Source: Candidatus Omnitrophota bacterium
Lineage (GTDB): Bacteria; Ratteibacteria; UBA8468; MWAK01
Length of the DNA: 40,644 nucleotides
Direction: 5' to 3'
NCBI GenBank assembly: GCA_043797665.1
Contig: JAZDPL010000090.1
Span: forward strand, 1 to 40,644
This document shows, in pieces, positions 1 to 8,040 of this stretch (position 1 is the stretch's first letter; each line of letters starts with the position of its first letter). Position numbers and translations under genes: made by a program. The notes beneath the pieces are model-generated. The model was not told where the DNA came from and made no database searches. It saw nothing but the letters and a program-made list of their open reading frames with translations.

Positions 1-1
1 A

Positions 2-352
2 ATCCTGAAGGAACAGAAGTTCCAACTATCCGGCTGTACCTCAACTGAGTGCGTGATAAAGGCGGGAAGACTCCTGGGTGCCCGGAAGGTATTCTCCGGC
101 ACCATCGGCAAGGTAGGCACCACCTACGTTGTTACCCTCAAACTCTTTGACATTGAGACCGGGGAGATAGAAAGAATAGAAGAAGAACGCTGTCCTAAAT
201 GCGAGGAAGACAGTCTCCTTGACTCGGTAGATAGACTATCAGCCAAAATCTGTGGTTTGCCAACTACTCCGGCGCCAGCCGGACCAGCACTACCTGTCCC
301 CACGGCTGAGCTCTCCCCGGCGCCCCCTGCCCAGGATGAGGCAAAGCAATGA
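2..352 (+). CDS. CsgG/FlgO/TolB-N-like periplasmic protein, 5'-truncated at window edge
   Basis: The frame is open from base 2 (ILKEQKFQLSGCTSTECVIKAGRLLGARKVFSGTIGKVG...TLKLFDIETGEI). This matches the EQ..Q...C....C....G.LLGA...GS.G....LIDVETG motif of CsgG/FlgO-like domains. Pro-rich tail. Confidence 0.6.
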   Translation: MLKEQKFQLSGCTSTECVIKAGRLLGARKVFSGTIGKVGTTYVVTLKLFDIETGEIERIEEERCPKCEEDSLLDSVDRLSAKICGLPTTPAPAGPALPVPTAELSPAPPAQDEAKQ

Positions 353-945
353 AATTAGCAGGAATCGTTTGCCTGCTCCTGTTCGTTTCAGCCTTGATTC
401 CAAATTTCGCTTACGGTTGGGGTGAGATAAGATATGTAAACTGCCAGGAAGAAGTTAATATCCGGGCAGGACGTTCTATCAAAGCAGATATTGTTGGTTG
501 TTTAAAATACAACGATAGGGTAAAAGTGGATTTTCTTGAAGATAATTGGTATGCTGTTTTTGAGATTGACGAAACCAATCGCAGTGAAGAGTATGCCTTA
601 GGATATGCTTATGCTCCGCTACTAAAGCCCTGGGCGGAAGAAAAAACACTTTCAGATACAGTCTTGATTTTTGAAAAAGGTTATATTATAAAATCTCAGG
701 ATAGATTGAGTATAAAAGTCGGAGGAGAAGACATTCTCTCCGACGAATATACGGTAAATGACAATGGAGGCATCGTCCTTCCTTTACTCGGCGAATTAAA
801 GGTTGAAGGCAAAACCGTATCCGAAGCAAGAGAGTTGCTGATAGGAAGGTTTCAAAAATATATCCTGGAGTTAATAGAAAGATTGAGAAAAGAATATGTT
901 TTGGAAGGACCGGCGGTCACTCTCTCTGTTGAAGATAAAGAATAG
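349..945 (+). CDS. Secreted protein: bacterial SH3 domain plus polysaccharide-export (Wza N-terminal-like) domain
   Basis: Signal peptide; VNIRAGRS..ADIVG.LK..DRVKV...EDNWY (SH3b-like); YIIKSQDRLSIKV...EYTVNDNGGIVLPLLGELKVEGKTVSEA (Poly_export-like). Confidence 0.6.
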   Translation: MKLAGIVCLLLFVSALIPNFAYGWGEIRYVNCQEEVNIRAGRSIKADIVGCLKYNDRVKVDFLEDNWYAVFEIDETNRSEEYALGYAYAPLLKPWAEEKTLSDTVLIFEKGYIIKSQDRLSIKVGGEDILSDEYTVNDNGGIVLPLLGELKVEGKTVSEARELLIGRFQKYILELIERLRKEYVLEGPAVTLSVEDKE

Positions 946-956
946 TGACCGCTGAA

Positions 957-986
957 TTGACAGAAAGTTACAAAAAGGAGTAAAAT
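957..986 (+). promoter_or_regulatory. Putative sigma-70 promoter
   Basis: TTGACA (957-962), 18-nt spacer, TAAAAT (981-986), upstream of the 1137 gene. Confidence 0.5.
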
Positions 987-989
987 GTT

Positions 990-1116
990 GGTAAATCCGC
1001 AATGAAGTACGTTGTATCAGGTACAAAAATGTAGGGGCTCAATTTATTGAGCCCGAGAGATACGCGGGTCGGATGAATCCGACCCCTACACTAACGGGGT
1101 TTACTGAATATTTACC
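990..1116. repeat. Composite palindromic element: outer GTAAAT..TGAAGTACGTT / AACG..TTTACTGAATATTTACC shell around a GTAG REP doublet (1031-1089)
   Basis: Closely similar to the reverse complement of 33840-33965. Inner doublet GTAGGGGCTCAATTTATTGAGCCC ... GGGTCGGATGAATCCGACCCCTAC. Confidence 0.85.
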
Positions 1117-1136
1117 AGATAAGGGAGGGAGGCGGT

Positions 1137-2084
1137 ATGAGGAAAGGGATGGTTTTTCTTCTCGGATTGGTGTTGTTAGTGGCTGTACCCCTGCCGGTCA
1201 GAGGCCAGGAAGGCGGTCAGTTTAGCCAGGAGCAGATTGACCAGGCGGCAGAAAAGATTGAGCAGTCAGTCTCTGGAAATGCCCAGGTCAACTGGACAAA
1301 GGGCTATATCCAGGCGACCGGCGAAGGTTATCCGGCAAAATGGGCCAGGGATGAGGCCAGGAAATTAGGTTCGGCCAAAGAAGCCGCCAAGGGCGTTGCC
1401 CAGAGAAACCTTCTGGAAGCGATCAAAGGAGTGGTGATTGACTCAGAGACAACGATTGAGAACCAGGAGATTGCCTACGACCTGATTAAGAAACAGGTAA
1501 AAGGAATTTTGAGGGGCTCTTCTATTGTTGAAGACCTGACCAGTGTAGAGGAGTTTGCGGATGGTTCCATGAAGGTGTCGGTTACGGTCCGTATGCCCAT
1601 CTATGGCAACGGAAGGCTGGCGGACATCGTTCAGCCTTCGGCCGGCAGCGGTCTGCCCTCCAATGTCCGTCCTTACCGGCAGAGACCGGAGAATCCCTTT
1701 GATGCAGCGGTGGTTCCGGAAGAGGTAAAGAAACCGCTGTCAGAGGTCTATACCGGTTTAATCATTGATACCCAGGGTCTGGAGGTAAGACCGGCGATTG
1801 CGCCCCAGATTCTGGCCGAGAACGGGATGGAAATTTATGGCACCGTCTTTGTCAACCGGGATTACGCCATCAGCCAGGGCATCGTCGGTTACGCCAAGAG
1901 CCTTGCCTTTGCCAGGAAGATGGACCGGGTTGCCGACAGACCTCTGGTGGTTAAGGCGCTCAAGACCTCCGGTGACTTAAAGACCGATGTCATAATCTCC
2001 CTGGAAGATGCCTACAAGATTGAGAAACTGAAAGAACGGCAGACCTTTTTGCATCAGTGCCGGGTGGTATTTTTAGTTGACTAA
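1137..2084 (+). CDS. Secreted LPP20/FlgP-like domain protein
   Basis: Signal peptide; VNWTKGYIQATGEG...AK.AA...AQRNLLEAIKGV.IDSETTI; C-terminal YTGLIIDTQGL..RPAIAPQI. Confidence 0.6.
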   Translation: MRKGMVFLLGLVLLVAVPLPVRGQEGGQFSQEQIDQAAEKIEQSVSGNAQVNWTKGYIQATGEGYPAKWARDEARKLGSAKEAAKGVAQRNLLEAIKGVVIDSETTIENQEIAYDLIKKQVKGILRGSSIVEDLTSVEEFADGSMKVSVTVRMPIYGNGRLADIVQPSAGSGLPSNVRPYRQRPENPFDAAVVPEEVKKPLSEVYTGLIIDTQGLEVRPAIAPQILAENGMEIYGTVFVNRDYAISQGIVGYAKSLAFARKMDRVADRPLVVKALKTSGDLKTDVIISLEDAYKIEKLKERQTFLHQCRVVFLVD

Positions 2085-2095
2085 GAGGAGGAACA

Positions 2096-2704
2096 ATGCG
2101 GAAGATATTACTTTTAGTTCCGGTTCTGCTTTTACTTATTGCCGGTTGTGCCACGGTAGCCACAGTGCCAACACTTCGTTCCACCGACCAGCCGGCAACC
2201 AGAGCCCAGCTGGCCACTTACTTTATTGATAGACTACAACTGGATAAAAAACTGGAGGTGAGGGTAGTGGTAGGTGATACCAGTTTCAAACCGGCGCCTA
2301 CCGTCTTAACCAAACCGGAAAGGAAGCCGGAGATATCGGACATTGGCAGCCTGAACAGAAAAGAGAAGGCAGATGTTGAAAAGGCAGTGGAATTAGGTGT
2401 CTTAGCACTCTATCCGGACAACACCTTTAGACCGATGAACTGGATGAGCCGGGCAGAATTTGCGGTAACCTTAGAACGCATCCTGGTCTATTTTTTAGGA
2501 GACAGGTCCCTGGCCACGAAATTCATCGGGAACACCTCGCCCTTTGCCGATGTTTCCAATTCCCATTATGCCTTCAATGCGATTATGACCGCTACCACCA
2601 GAGGCTTAATGAAGGGAACAACCAAGGGCACCTTTGACCCGATGGGCTACATCTCCGGTAAAGAGGCGCTGGCAGCGATTGACCGCCTGAAACCCCTGTT
2701 GTAA
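2096..2704 (+). CDS. S-layer homology (SLH) domain lipoprotein
   Basis: Lipobox LIAGC; SLH motifs YPDNTFRPMNWMSRAEFA and FADVSNSHYAFNAI...GLMKG...FDP...ISGKEA. Confidence 0.75.
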   Translation: MRKILLLVPVLLLLIAGCATVATVPTLRSTDQPATRAQLATYFIDRLQLDKKLEVRVVVGDTSFKPAPTVLTKPERKPEISDIGSLNRKEKADVEKAVELGVLALYPDNTFRPMNWMSRAEFAVTLERILVYFLGDRSLATKFIGNTSPFADVSNSHYAFNAIMTATTRGLMKGTTKGTFDPMGYISGKEALAAIDRLKPLL

Positions 2705-2705
2705 A

Positions 2706-2761
2706 GTAGGGGCTGGATTTATCCAGCCCGCTTATTCGGGTGCCATAAATGTCGCCCCTAC
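2706..2761. repeat. GTAG-type REP doublet (REPIN)
   Basis: GTAGGGGCTGGATTTATCCAGCCC ... GGGTGCCATAAATGTCGCCCCTAC, two inverted REPs. Confidence 0.85.
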
Positions 2762-2776
2762 AGAGTACATTTAAGG

Positions 2777-3868
2777 ATGGGTAAAATCAGGAGAGACCTG
2801 TTATTCTTTCTTGCCTTTACTCTTATCGGCCGGTCCTTAGTTTTTGCAGAGGATGTTACGGTAAGGGTAAAGGGTGAGAGTGCTATCAACAAGCAGACCG
2901 CTCTCCACAAGGCCCTCCAGAATGCGGTTGAGCAGGGAATCGGCACCTACCTTGACTCCTCTCAGAAGATTCTTAACTCCGAACTGATTGAAGACCGGAT
3001 TCTAAAGAGAACCCAGGGGTTTATAAAATCCTATGAGGAATTATCCGGCGGAGAAGAAAACAATACCTGCTGGGTAATGGTCAAGGCGGTTGTGAGCCAG
3101 GATAAGGTTCTGGATGAACTCACCGCTTTACAGATTCTTTTCACCATAAAAGGGAAACCCCGGCTTATGGTTCTGGCAGACACCAGGCATCTGAAAGAAG
3201 ACTACACCTCTTTTTTACAGGATAAAATCAACGAAAAGTTTTTGGAGAAGGGCTTTCTCTGTATTGACCCGGAGAGAATCAGTCTGGCCAGACATAAGGA
3301 GCGGGTAAAACAGGCCTTGGCCGGCAATCTGGAGGCAGTAAAGGCCATAGGCTTGGAAGAGAAGGCCGATGTGGTGATTGTGGCCAGTGCCTACAAAGAA
3401 GAAATTGGAGAAGTGGAAGGCGCGAGACCTTACCGGGTAAACATCTCCGGCAAGGCTGTCTGGGTAGATACCGGAAAGATTATCGCCTCAGCCAGTAATG
3501 CGGATGCCGACCCTTTTGGCCGGGCAACCGAAGCCATCGGTAAAGCCGTACTTGGACTTTCGGATAAATTAGCCGGCCGGATAATTGAAAAGTGGAATGA
3601 CGAAATAATCAATACCGGCCTGATTGAAGTTTTGATTACTGGTCTTGATTACAGCCGGTTTATCGGGTTTCAGGACCGATTACAGGAGATTACCGGTGTC
3701 CGCAACCTCTACGAGCGCAGTTACGAAGATTTTTCAAAGACCGGGCGGCTTGAGGTAGACAGTGAATTTTCCAGCCAGGTTTTGGCCCAGGCCTTAACGA
3801 CCATCAAAGGTTTTCAGGTCACCATTAAATCCCGTCAGGCGAACAAAATTGAATGCGCCGTCAGATAA
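2777..3868 (+). CDS. Secreted protein with FlgT-like N-terminal domain
   Basis: Signal peptide; V.VKGES....ALHKALQNAVEQGIGTYLDS...EDRIL.RTQGFIKSYE; followed by a KPRLMVL TolB-N-like middle domain. Confidence 0.6.
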   Translation: MGKIRRDLLFFLAFTLIGRSLVFAEDVTVRVKGESAINKQTALHKALQNAVEQGIGTYLDSSQKILNSELIEDRILKRTQGFIKSYEELSGGEENNTCWVMVKAVVSQDKVLDELTALQILFTIKGKPRLMVLADTRHLKEDYTSFLQDKINEKFLEKGFLCIDPERISLARHKERVKQALAGNLEAVKAIGLEEKADVVIVASAYKEEIGEVEGARPYRVNISGKAVWVDTGKIIASASNADADPFGRATEAIGKAVLGLSDKLAGRIIEKWNDEIINTGLIEVLITGLDYSRFIGFQDRLQEITGVRNLYERSYEDFSKTGRLEVDSEFSSQVLAQALTTIKGFQVTIKSRQANKIECAVR

Positions 3869-3887
3869 GAGGGGTTGAGGGAGATTT

Positions 3888-4002
3888 GTAAATCATCAGT
3901 GAACGCCGTTAGCAAGGTAGGGGCTTGATTCATCAAGCCCGCGTATTCGGGTCGGATGAATCCGACCCCTACATTTTTTGCCTAATATAACGGGGTTTAC
4001 TG
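3888..4002. repeat. Composite palindromic element (outer shell plus GTAG REP doublet 3917-3972)
   Basis: GTAAATCATCAGTGAACGCCGTTAG ... REP doublet ... TATAACGGGGTTTACTG; same architecture as 990-1116 and 33840-33965. Confidence 0.8.
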
Positions 4003-4020
4003 GGGGAGATTTTTCTGAAT

Positions 4021-5022
4021 ATGAAAATGGAAAGACGGTTCGTCCGGGCGGCAGTCATTTTCTTTTTAGCTCTTTCTTGCCTTGGTAACCCATCTCAATC
4101 GGAAACCCAACTGGCCGGTACCGCGAGGAGGAACCCAAAAGACAACGTCGAGATGGTCTGGATACCGCCGGGTGAGTTCCTGATGGGAAGTACCGTGGAA
4201 GAATCGAGGCGTTTCTGCAGAAAATTCTCTCTTGACGAACAGGCCTTTTTGAAAAAAACTTCCGACGAGATTCCGCGGCACAAGGTCCAGATTAACGGTT
4301 TCTGGATGTACGAGTGCGAGGTAACAAACGAACAGTTCGAAAAGTTTGTCCAGGAAACCGGGTACAAGACCGAGGCGGAGAAGGCAGGGTGGGGATGGTG
4401 CTGGAATATTGACGAACAGAAAGCTGAAAAAGTGGACGGCGCTGACTGGCGTCATCCGCGTGGTTCCGGGACAGCCGCAGTGAAGGACCATCCGGTGGTG
4501 CAGGTTTCCTGGAACGATGCAGTGACATACTGCACTTGGGCCTGCGTGCGTCTGCCGACCGAGGCGGAATGGGAGTATGCGGCCCGGGGCGGGAATACCG
4601 GTCTGGCCGGAACGGCCCGGACCTACTTCTGGTGGGGGGATGATGCTCCCAGGGAGACCACGGGTAACTGGCTGAACGAGACCGGGCTGAAAGACCACGG
4701 GCAGAAGAGGTTCCACTTCCAAGGATATGATGACGGCTACGAATTCACTTCTCCGGCAGGCAGTTTCAAGGCGAATGGTTACGGTCTCTACGACACGGCC
4801 GGCAATGCCTGGGAGTGGTGCAATGACTGGTACAGTGAGAAGTATTATGCGGAGAGTCCAATGAGCAACCCCCAGGGACCGGAGAGCGGTTTCTTCCGGG
4901 TGCTCCGTGGCGGCTCCTGGGACGACGGCGCGGGCTTCTGCCGGTCTGTCTATCGCGACTGGTGCGAGCCTGCCGTCTGGGGCGGCGGCCTCGGTTTTCG
5001 CTGCGTCCTCCCCGTGGAGTAG
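4021..5022 (+). CDS. Formylglycine-generating enzyme family (FGE-sulfatase / C-type lectin fold) secreted protein
   Basis: Motifs MVWIPPGEFLMGS, EVTNEQF, HPVVQVSWNDA, RLPTEAEWEYAARGG, NGYGLYDTAGNAWEW, RVLRGGSW, GFRCV. Confidence 0.9.
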   Translation: MKMERRFVRAAVIFFLALSCLGNPSQSETQLAGTARRNPKDNVEMVWIPPGEFLMGSTVEESRRFCRKFSLDEQAFLKKTSDEIPRHKVQINGFWMYECEVTNEQFEKFVQETGYKTEAEKAGWGWCWNIDEQKAEKVDGADWRHPRGSGTAAVKDHPVVQVSWNDAVTYCTWACVRLPTEAEWEYAARGGNTGLAGTARTYFWWGDDAPRETTGNWLNETGLKDHGQKRFHFQGYDDGYEFTSPAGSFKANGYGLYDTAGNAWEWCNDWYSEKYYAESPMSNPQGPESGFFRVLRGGSWDDGAGFCRSVYRDWCEPAVWGGGLGFRCVLPVE

Positions 5023-5131
5023 GGGTTCGATTCATTGAACCCTGCCAGTGGTTGACCCGCTTCTATTCTTCGGCGTATGGCAGGGAGACTGTAGTGCGTC
5101 AACCCGCGGGCGCCATGAATGGCGCCCCTAC
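5019..5131. repeat. GTAG-type REP doublet between convergent genes; supplies the TAG stop of the FGE gene
   Basis: GTAGGGGTTCGATTCATTGAACCC ... GGGCGCCATGAATGGCGCCCCTAC; TAG 5020-5022 is part of the GTAG tag. Confidence 0.8.
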
Positions 5132-5725
5132 TCACTTAACCTCGGTTACCCAGGCGCCATCCTCATTCTGAATCCATTCACCCTCTTTAGCCATCTTACG
5201 CTGCATCTTGGCAAAGGCGGCCTGGACCCTTCTCATATCAGAGGGAGGCATATTGTTAATCCGGACAATCTCCTGGTAGATTGTCATCCGGTCCCGGTTT
5301 TCCTCTTTCAATACCTTTTGTAGCCCGGCCATCTCTTCTTCGTTTAGACCGGCGGTGGAGCGTACCTCAAGAAGCCCGTCTTTGTTTTCACCGATAATCT
5401 TTGTTTCCTTATAGCTCTGGATATCTGAAATCCGTTCTCTTCTCCTCGCCTGAGCCTCACTGATTACCGGAGAATCGGTCTTCGGGTCACGGCTGATTGT
5501 TTGTGCATAGAGTGGGGTGGGTTCTAAAAACCGGCCGGGCAACAGACGGCTTTCTTTCTTTGGGAAAGCCGCAGGTTTTGCAGGTAAAGGGCCTTTTTGA
5601 ATCTCCAACTCCAGACTTTCCATCGCCTTTTCAATCTTCTCCTGCGGAAATGACACGTAGACATTGACGACCGCACACCCAACCAGTAACAGAACCAGAC
5701 CAAAAACCAAACTGATTTTTCCCAT
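5132..5725 (-). CDS. YdbL/DUF1318-family lipoprotein (YnbE-like N-terminus)
   Basis: Lipobox LLVGC then VVNVYVSFP; IGENKDGLL...ENRDRMTIYQEI...GEWIQNEDGAW matches DUF1318. GGAGG precedes the ATG at 5725. Confidence 0.75.
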   Translation of the reverse strand: MGKISLVFGLVLLLVGCAVVNVYVSFPQEKIEKAMESLELEIQKGPLPAKPAAFPKKESRLLPGRFLEPTPLYAQTISRDPKTDSPVISEAQARRRERISDIQSYKETKIIGENKDGLLEVRSTAGLNEEEMAGLQKVLKEENRDRMTIYQEIVRINNMPPSDMRRVQAAFAKMQRKMAKEGEWIQNEDGAWVTEVK

Positions 5726-5741
5726 GCTACCCTCCATTTAA

Positions 5742-7019
5742 TTATTTAAAAGCCTGCCCGAGGCGTTGCTTCAGGTCGTCTAGATTGACCGTATTCCCTC
5801 TCGGGTCAATGGCGATATTGACCGTTTGGCCAAAAGGAGTGCCTAAAAGGACATATTCTTTATTTCTATTCTTTTTGGCCAGGCCTTCAATGGTCAAGAA
5901 CCTATCCTGATAAGTAACCCGAGCGGCTAACTTCCGGTAGCCGTAATAGGCTTTGTCAACAAGGTATCCGGGTGGGGAACCGGTACTGAGTGCCAAAAGC
6001 GCCTTGACCGCTCGAAAGTCCAGGTACTGCCTGATACCCTTTGCCGGTACGGTTTCAATGATGGCCTGCAGAAACTTCAGGTTTTCCATCCGGGTCTGAA
6101 AATCAAGCCCGAGGTTGGCGACCCCTGAAATCTGGGCACCTTCTCCGTAAAGGCTTGAGAGGGGAAGGAGGTTAAGACCTTCAAGACTAAGGCGTCCGGA
6201 AATATTCTGTTCTCCCTTTTCGGAGCGGTGGCCCAAAACTTCACCCTTTCCCTCCGCCTGATAAAAAGAGAAGGATGCCCGGGAAACAAAAGAACCCTTT
6301 TCTGAGTCATAGGTCGCATTTCCGGCAACTTTCTCAACTTTCAGTCCCATCTTTTCTTTGATGGCTGGGGGTAAAGAGTCAAGTAAATCCTCCAGGTAGA
6401 GGCCTTCCGAGGTAAAAGAGATATCAAAGCCTTTCTTCCCCACGGTTCCGGAGAGGTCTATTTCACCGCCGGTTTTGGTCACAAAATGCGCCTTGTTCAC
6501 TCTACCTGTTTCGGCTAAAAGGTCATAATAACCCTGCGCGGTACCGGTGAACTGGGGAATCTTCTGCTTCTCAAAGAGAAGGTCACCAAAAAGTATATCA
6601 TAATCAAGGCGTTGAACCTTCCACTCTTTCTTCTCGCGACCGAGGGTGAGGATAACCTTTCCATCAAGCCTTCCCTGCTCCGGAAGCGGCAGCGTCCCTA
6701 AGGACTTCTTTAGCTCCGTAAGAGAAAGGTCAGACATATTTATCGAAAGCCTGCTCAGCTGGCCTTTAGTTTCAATCCGGCCCGAAACAGTAACTTCTCC
6801 AAATTGTTCAATCTTTACTTTCAATCCGGAGATTTCGTAAGTACCGGCACCAAAATCGCCGATGACCCGGCCGGCCATCTTTAAAGATTTAGGGGCTGCT
6901 GAGCCAATTTTACCTTCTCCGGACATCGCGATTAAGGTCGGCGCCGGCAAGAGATAGCCAACCCGGACCACGGTAAATCCGACCAGAATAATGGAGACCA
7001 GAATAATCAGTTTTCTCAT
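5742..7019 (-). CDS. AsmA/YdbH-like beta-rich envelope protein (putative)
   Basis: N-terminal TM anchor followed by beta-strand-rich sequence; lies directly upstream of the ydbL-like gene, as in ydbH-ynbE-ydbL operons. Family assignment is by context. Confidence 0.45.
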   Translation of the reverse strand: MRKLIILVSIILVGFTVVRVGYLLPAPTLIAMSGEGKIGSAAPKSLKMAGRVIGDFGAGTYEISGLKVKIEQFGEVTVSGRIETKGQLSRLSINMSDLSLTELKKSLGTLPLPEQGRLDGKVILTLGREKKEWKVQRLDYDILFGDLLFEKQKIPQFTGTAQGYYDLLAETGRVNKAHFVTKTGGEIDLSGTVGKKGFDISFTSEGLYLEDLLDSLPPAIKEKMGLKVEKVAGNATYDSEKGSFVSRASFSFYQAEGKGEVLGHRSEKGEQNISGRLSLEGLNLLPLSSLYGEGAQISGVANLGLDFQTRMENLKFLQAIIETVPAKGIRQYLDFRAVKALLALSTGSPPGYLVDKAYYGYRKLAARVTYQDRFLTIEGLAKKNRNKEYVLLGTPFGQTVNIAIDPRGNTVNLDDLKQRLGQAFK

Positions 7020-7029
7020 TTCTTTTTAT

Positions 7030-7038
7030 ATTATACCA
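7030..7038 (-). promoter_or_regulatory. Extended -10 element (TGGTATAAT) for the 7019 gene
   Basis: ATTATACCA on + strand = TGGTATAAT on - strand, just upstream of the start codon. Confidence 0.4.
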
Positions 7039-7074
7039 TTCTTTGACTGCTTCCATGAGAAATCACGAAAGTGC

Positions 7075-7103
7075 TTGATTTTTTTATCTATTTAGGGTAT
7101 AAA
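7075..7103 (+). promoter_or_regulatory. Putative sigma-70 promoter for cooC
   Basis: TTGATT, 17-nt spacer, TATAAA. Confidence 0.4.
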
Positions 7104-7119
7104 TATAGTGACAATCTTT

Positions 7120-7890
7120 ATGTCCTATACAATAGCGGTAGCCGGAAAAGGCGGGACCGGAAAGACCACCCTGTCCGCCCTGATTATCAGTTCCCTGTTA
7201 CGAGCCGGCCGAAAGCCGGTCCTGGCGGTTGACGCGGACCCCAACAGCAACCTCAACGAAGCATTGGGAATAAAATACGACCGGACCGTGGTAAGCACCG
7301 TGGACGAGATAATGAAAAGAAAAGAAGAATTATCCCCCGGATTTACCAAGGAGAGGCTGTTAGAGTTGCACTTTCAGAATGCCCTGGTGGAATCCCAGGG
7401 GTTTGACCTTCTGGTTATGGGACATACCGAAGGACCGGGCTGCTACTGCCACGCCAATAACCTTCTGCGCGGACTTATGGATAAACTCCAGGCAAACTAT
7501 CCTTATATCGTGATGGACAATGAGGCCGGGATGGAGCACCTCTCCCGCAGGACCACCCGGGACGTGGACCTTCTTCTTATCATCGCCAACCCCAACCCGG
7601 TCTCTCTGCGCTCGGCCCGGAATATCTTTAAGATGACCGAGAAGCTTGACCTGGCAATTAAGAAGAGTTGTCTGTTAATCAACCAGAATATACCGGGTAC
7701 CCCCACGTCTCCCTTCTGTCATTCCTGCGTGTCTTCAGCAGGAATCCAAGGTCTGCCTCTTCTGGGCCAGATTCCTTATGACAAAGAGGTCGAAAAATAC
7801 AGTCTGGAAGGACTTTCTTTCCTGGACCTCCCTGCCGATTCTCCCGCCTCCCAGTCAATCAAATCTATCCTGTCTTCCTCCCTTCCATAG
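7120..7890 (+). CDS. cooC: CooC/AcsF-family nickel-insertion ATPase
   Basis: IAVAGKGGTGKTT (deviant Walker A), VDADPNSNL, GPGCYC metal motif, DNEAGMEHLSRRT. Confidence 0.85.
   Translation: MSYTIAVAGKGGTGKTTLSALIISSLLRAGRKPVLAVDADPNSNLNEALGIKYDRTVVSTVDEIMKRKEELSPGFTKERLLELHFQNALVESQGFDLLVMGHTEGPGCYCHANNLLRGLMDKLQANYPYIVMDNEAGMEHLSRRTTRDVDLLLIIANPNPVSLRSARNIFKMTEKLDLAIKKSCLLINQNIPGTPTSPFCHSCVSSAGIQGLPLLGQIPYDKEVEKYSLEGLSFLDLPADSPASQSIKSILSSSLP
7717..7748 (+). repeat. TGTCA-type REP inside the cooC coding sequence
   Basis: TGTCATTCCTGCGTGTCTTCAGCAGGAATCCA resembles intergenic copies at 13169 and 29147; translated as CHSCVSSAGIQ. Confidence 0.75.
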
Positions 7891-8040
7891 GTAGGGTGAA
7901 TTTGACTATTTGACGCTAATATTTTACAAAATAACAAAAATAATAATTTTGTTATTAATAATCTTGTTATATTTTAAGACGGGTTCCATTGTCATAGGAT
8001 TGACAAGGGGGTTTAAGAATGCCTTTTACTAACCCAATCT

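Noticed and set aside
4021..5022. Catalytically active formylglycine-generating enzyme
   Set aside because: The catalytic GGSxxC....C..YR cysteine arrangement is not present and no sulfatase is adjacent; a binding-type CLec fold is more likely.
990..5131. Integron cassette array (genes separated by palindromes)
   Set aside because: The elements have GTT before AAC, the opposite order to attC (RYYYAAC...GTTRRRY). No integron integrase is present, and the same repeats occur among housekeeping genes.
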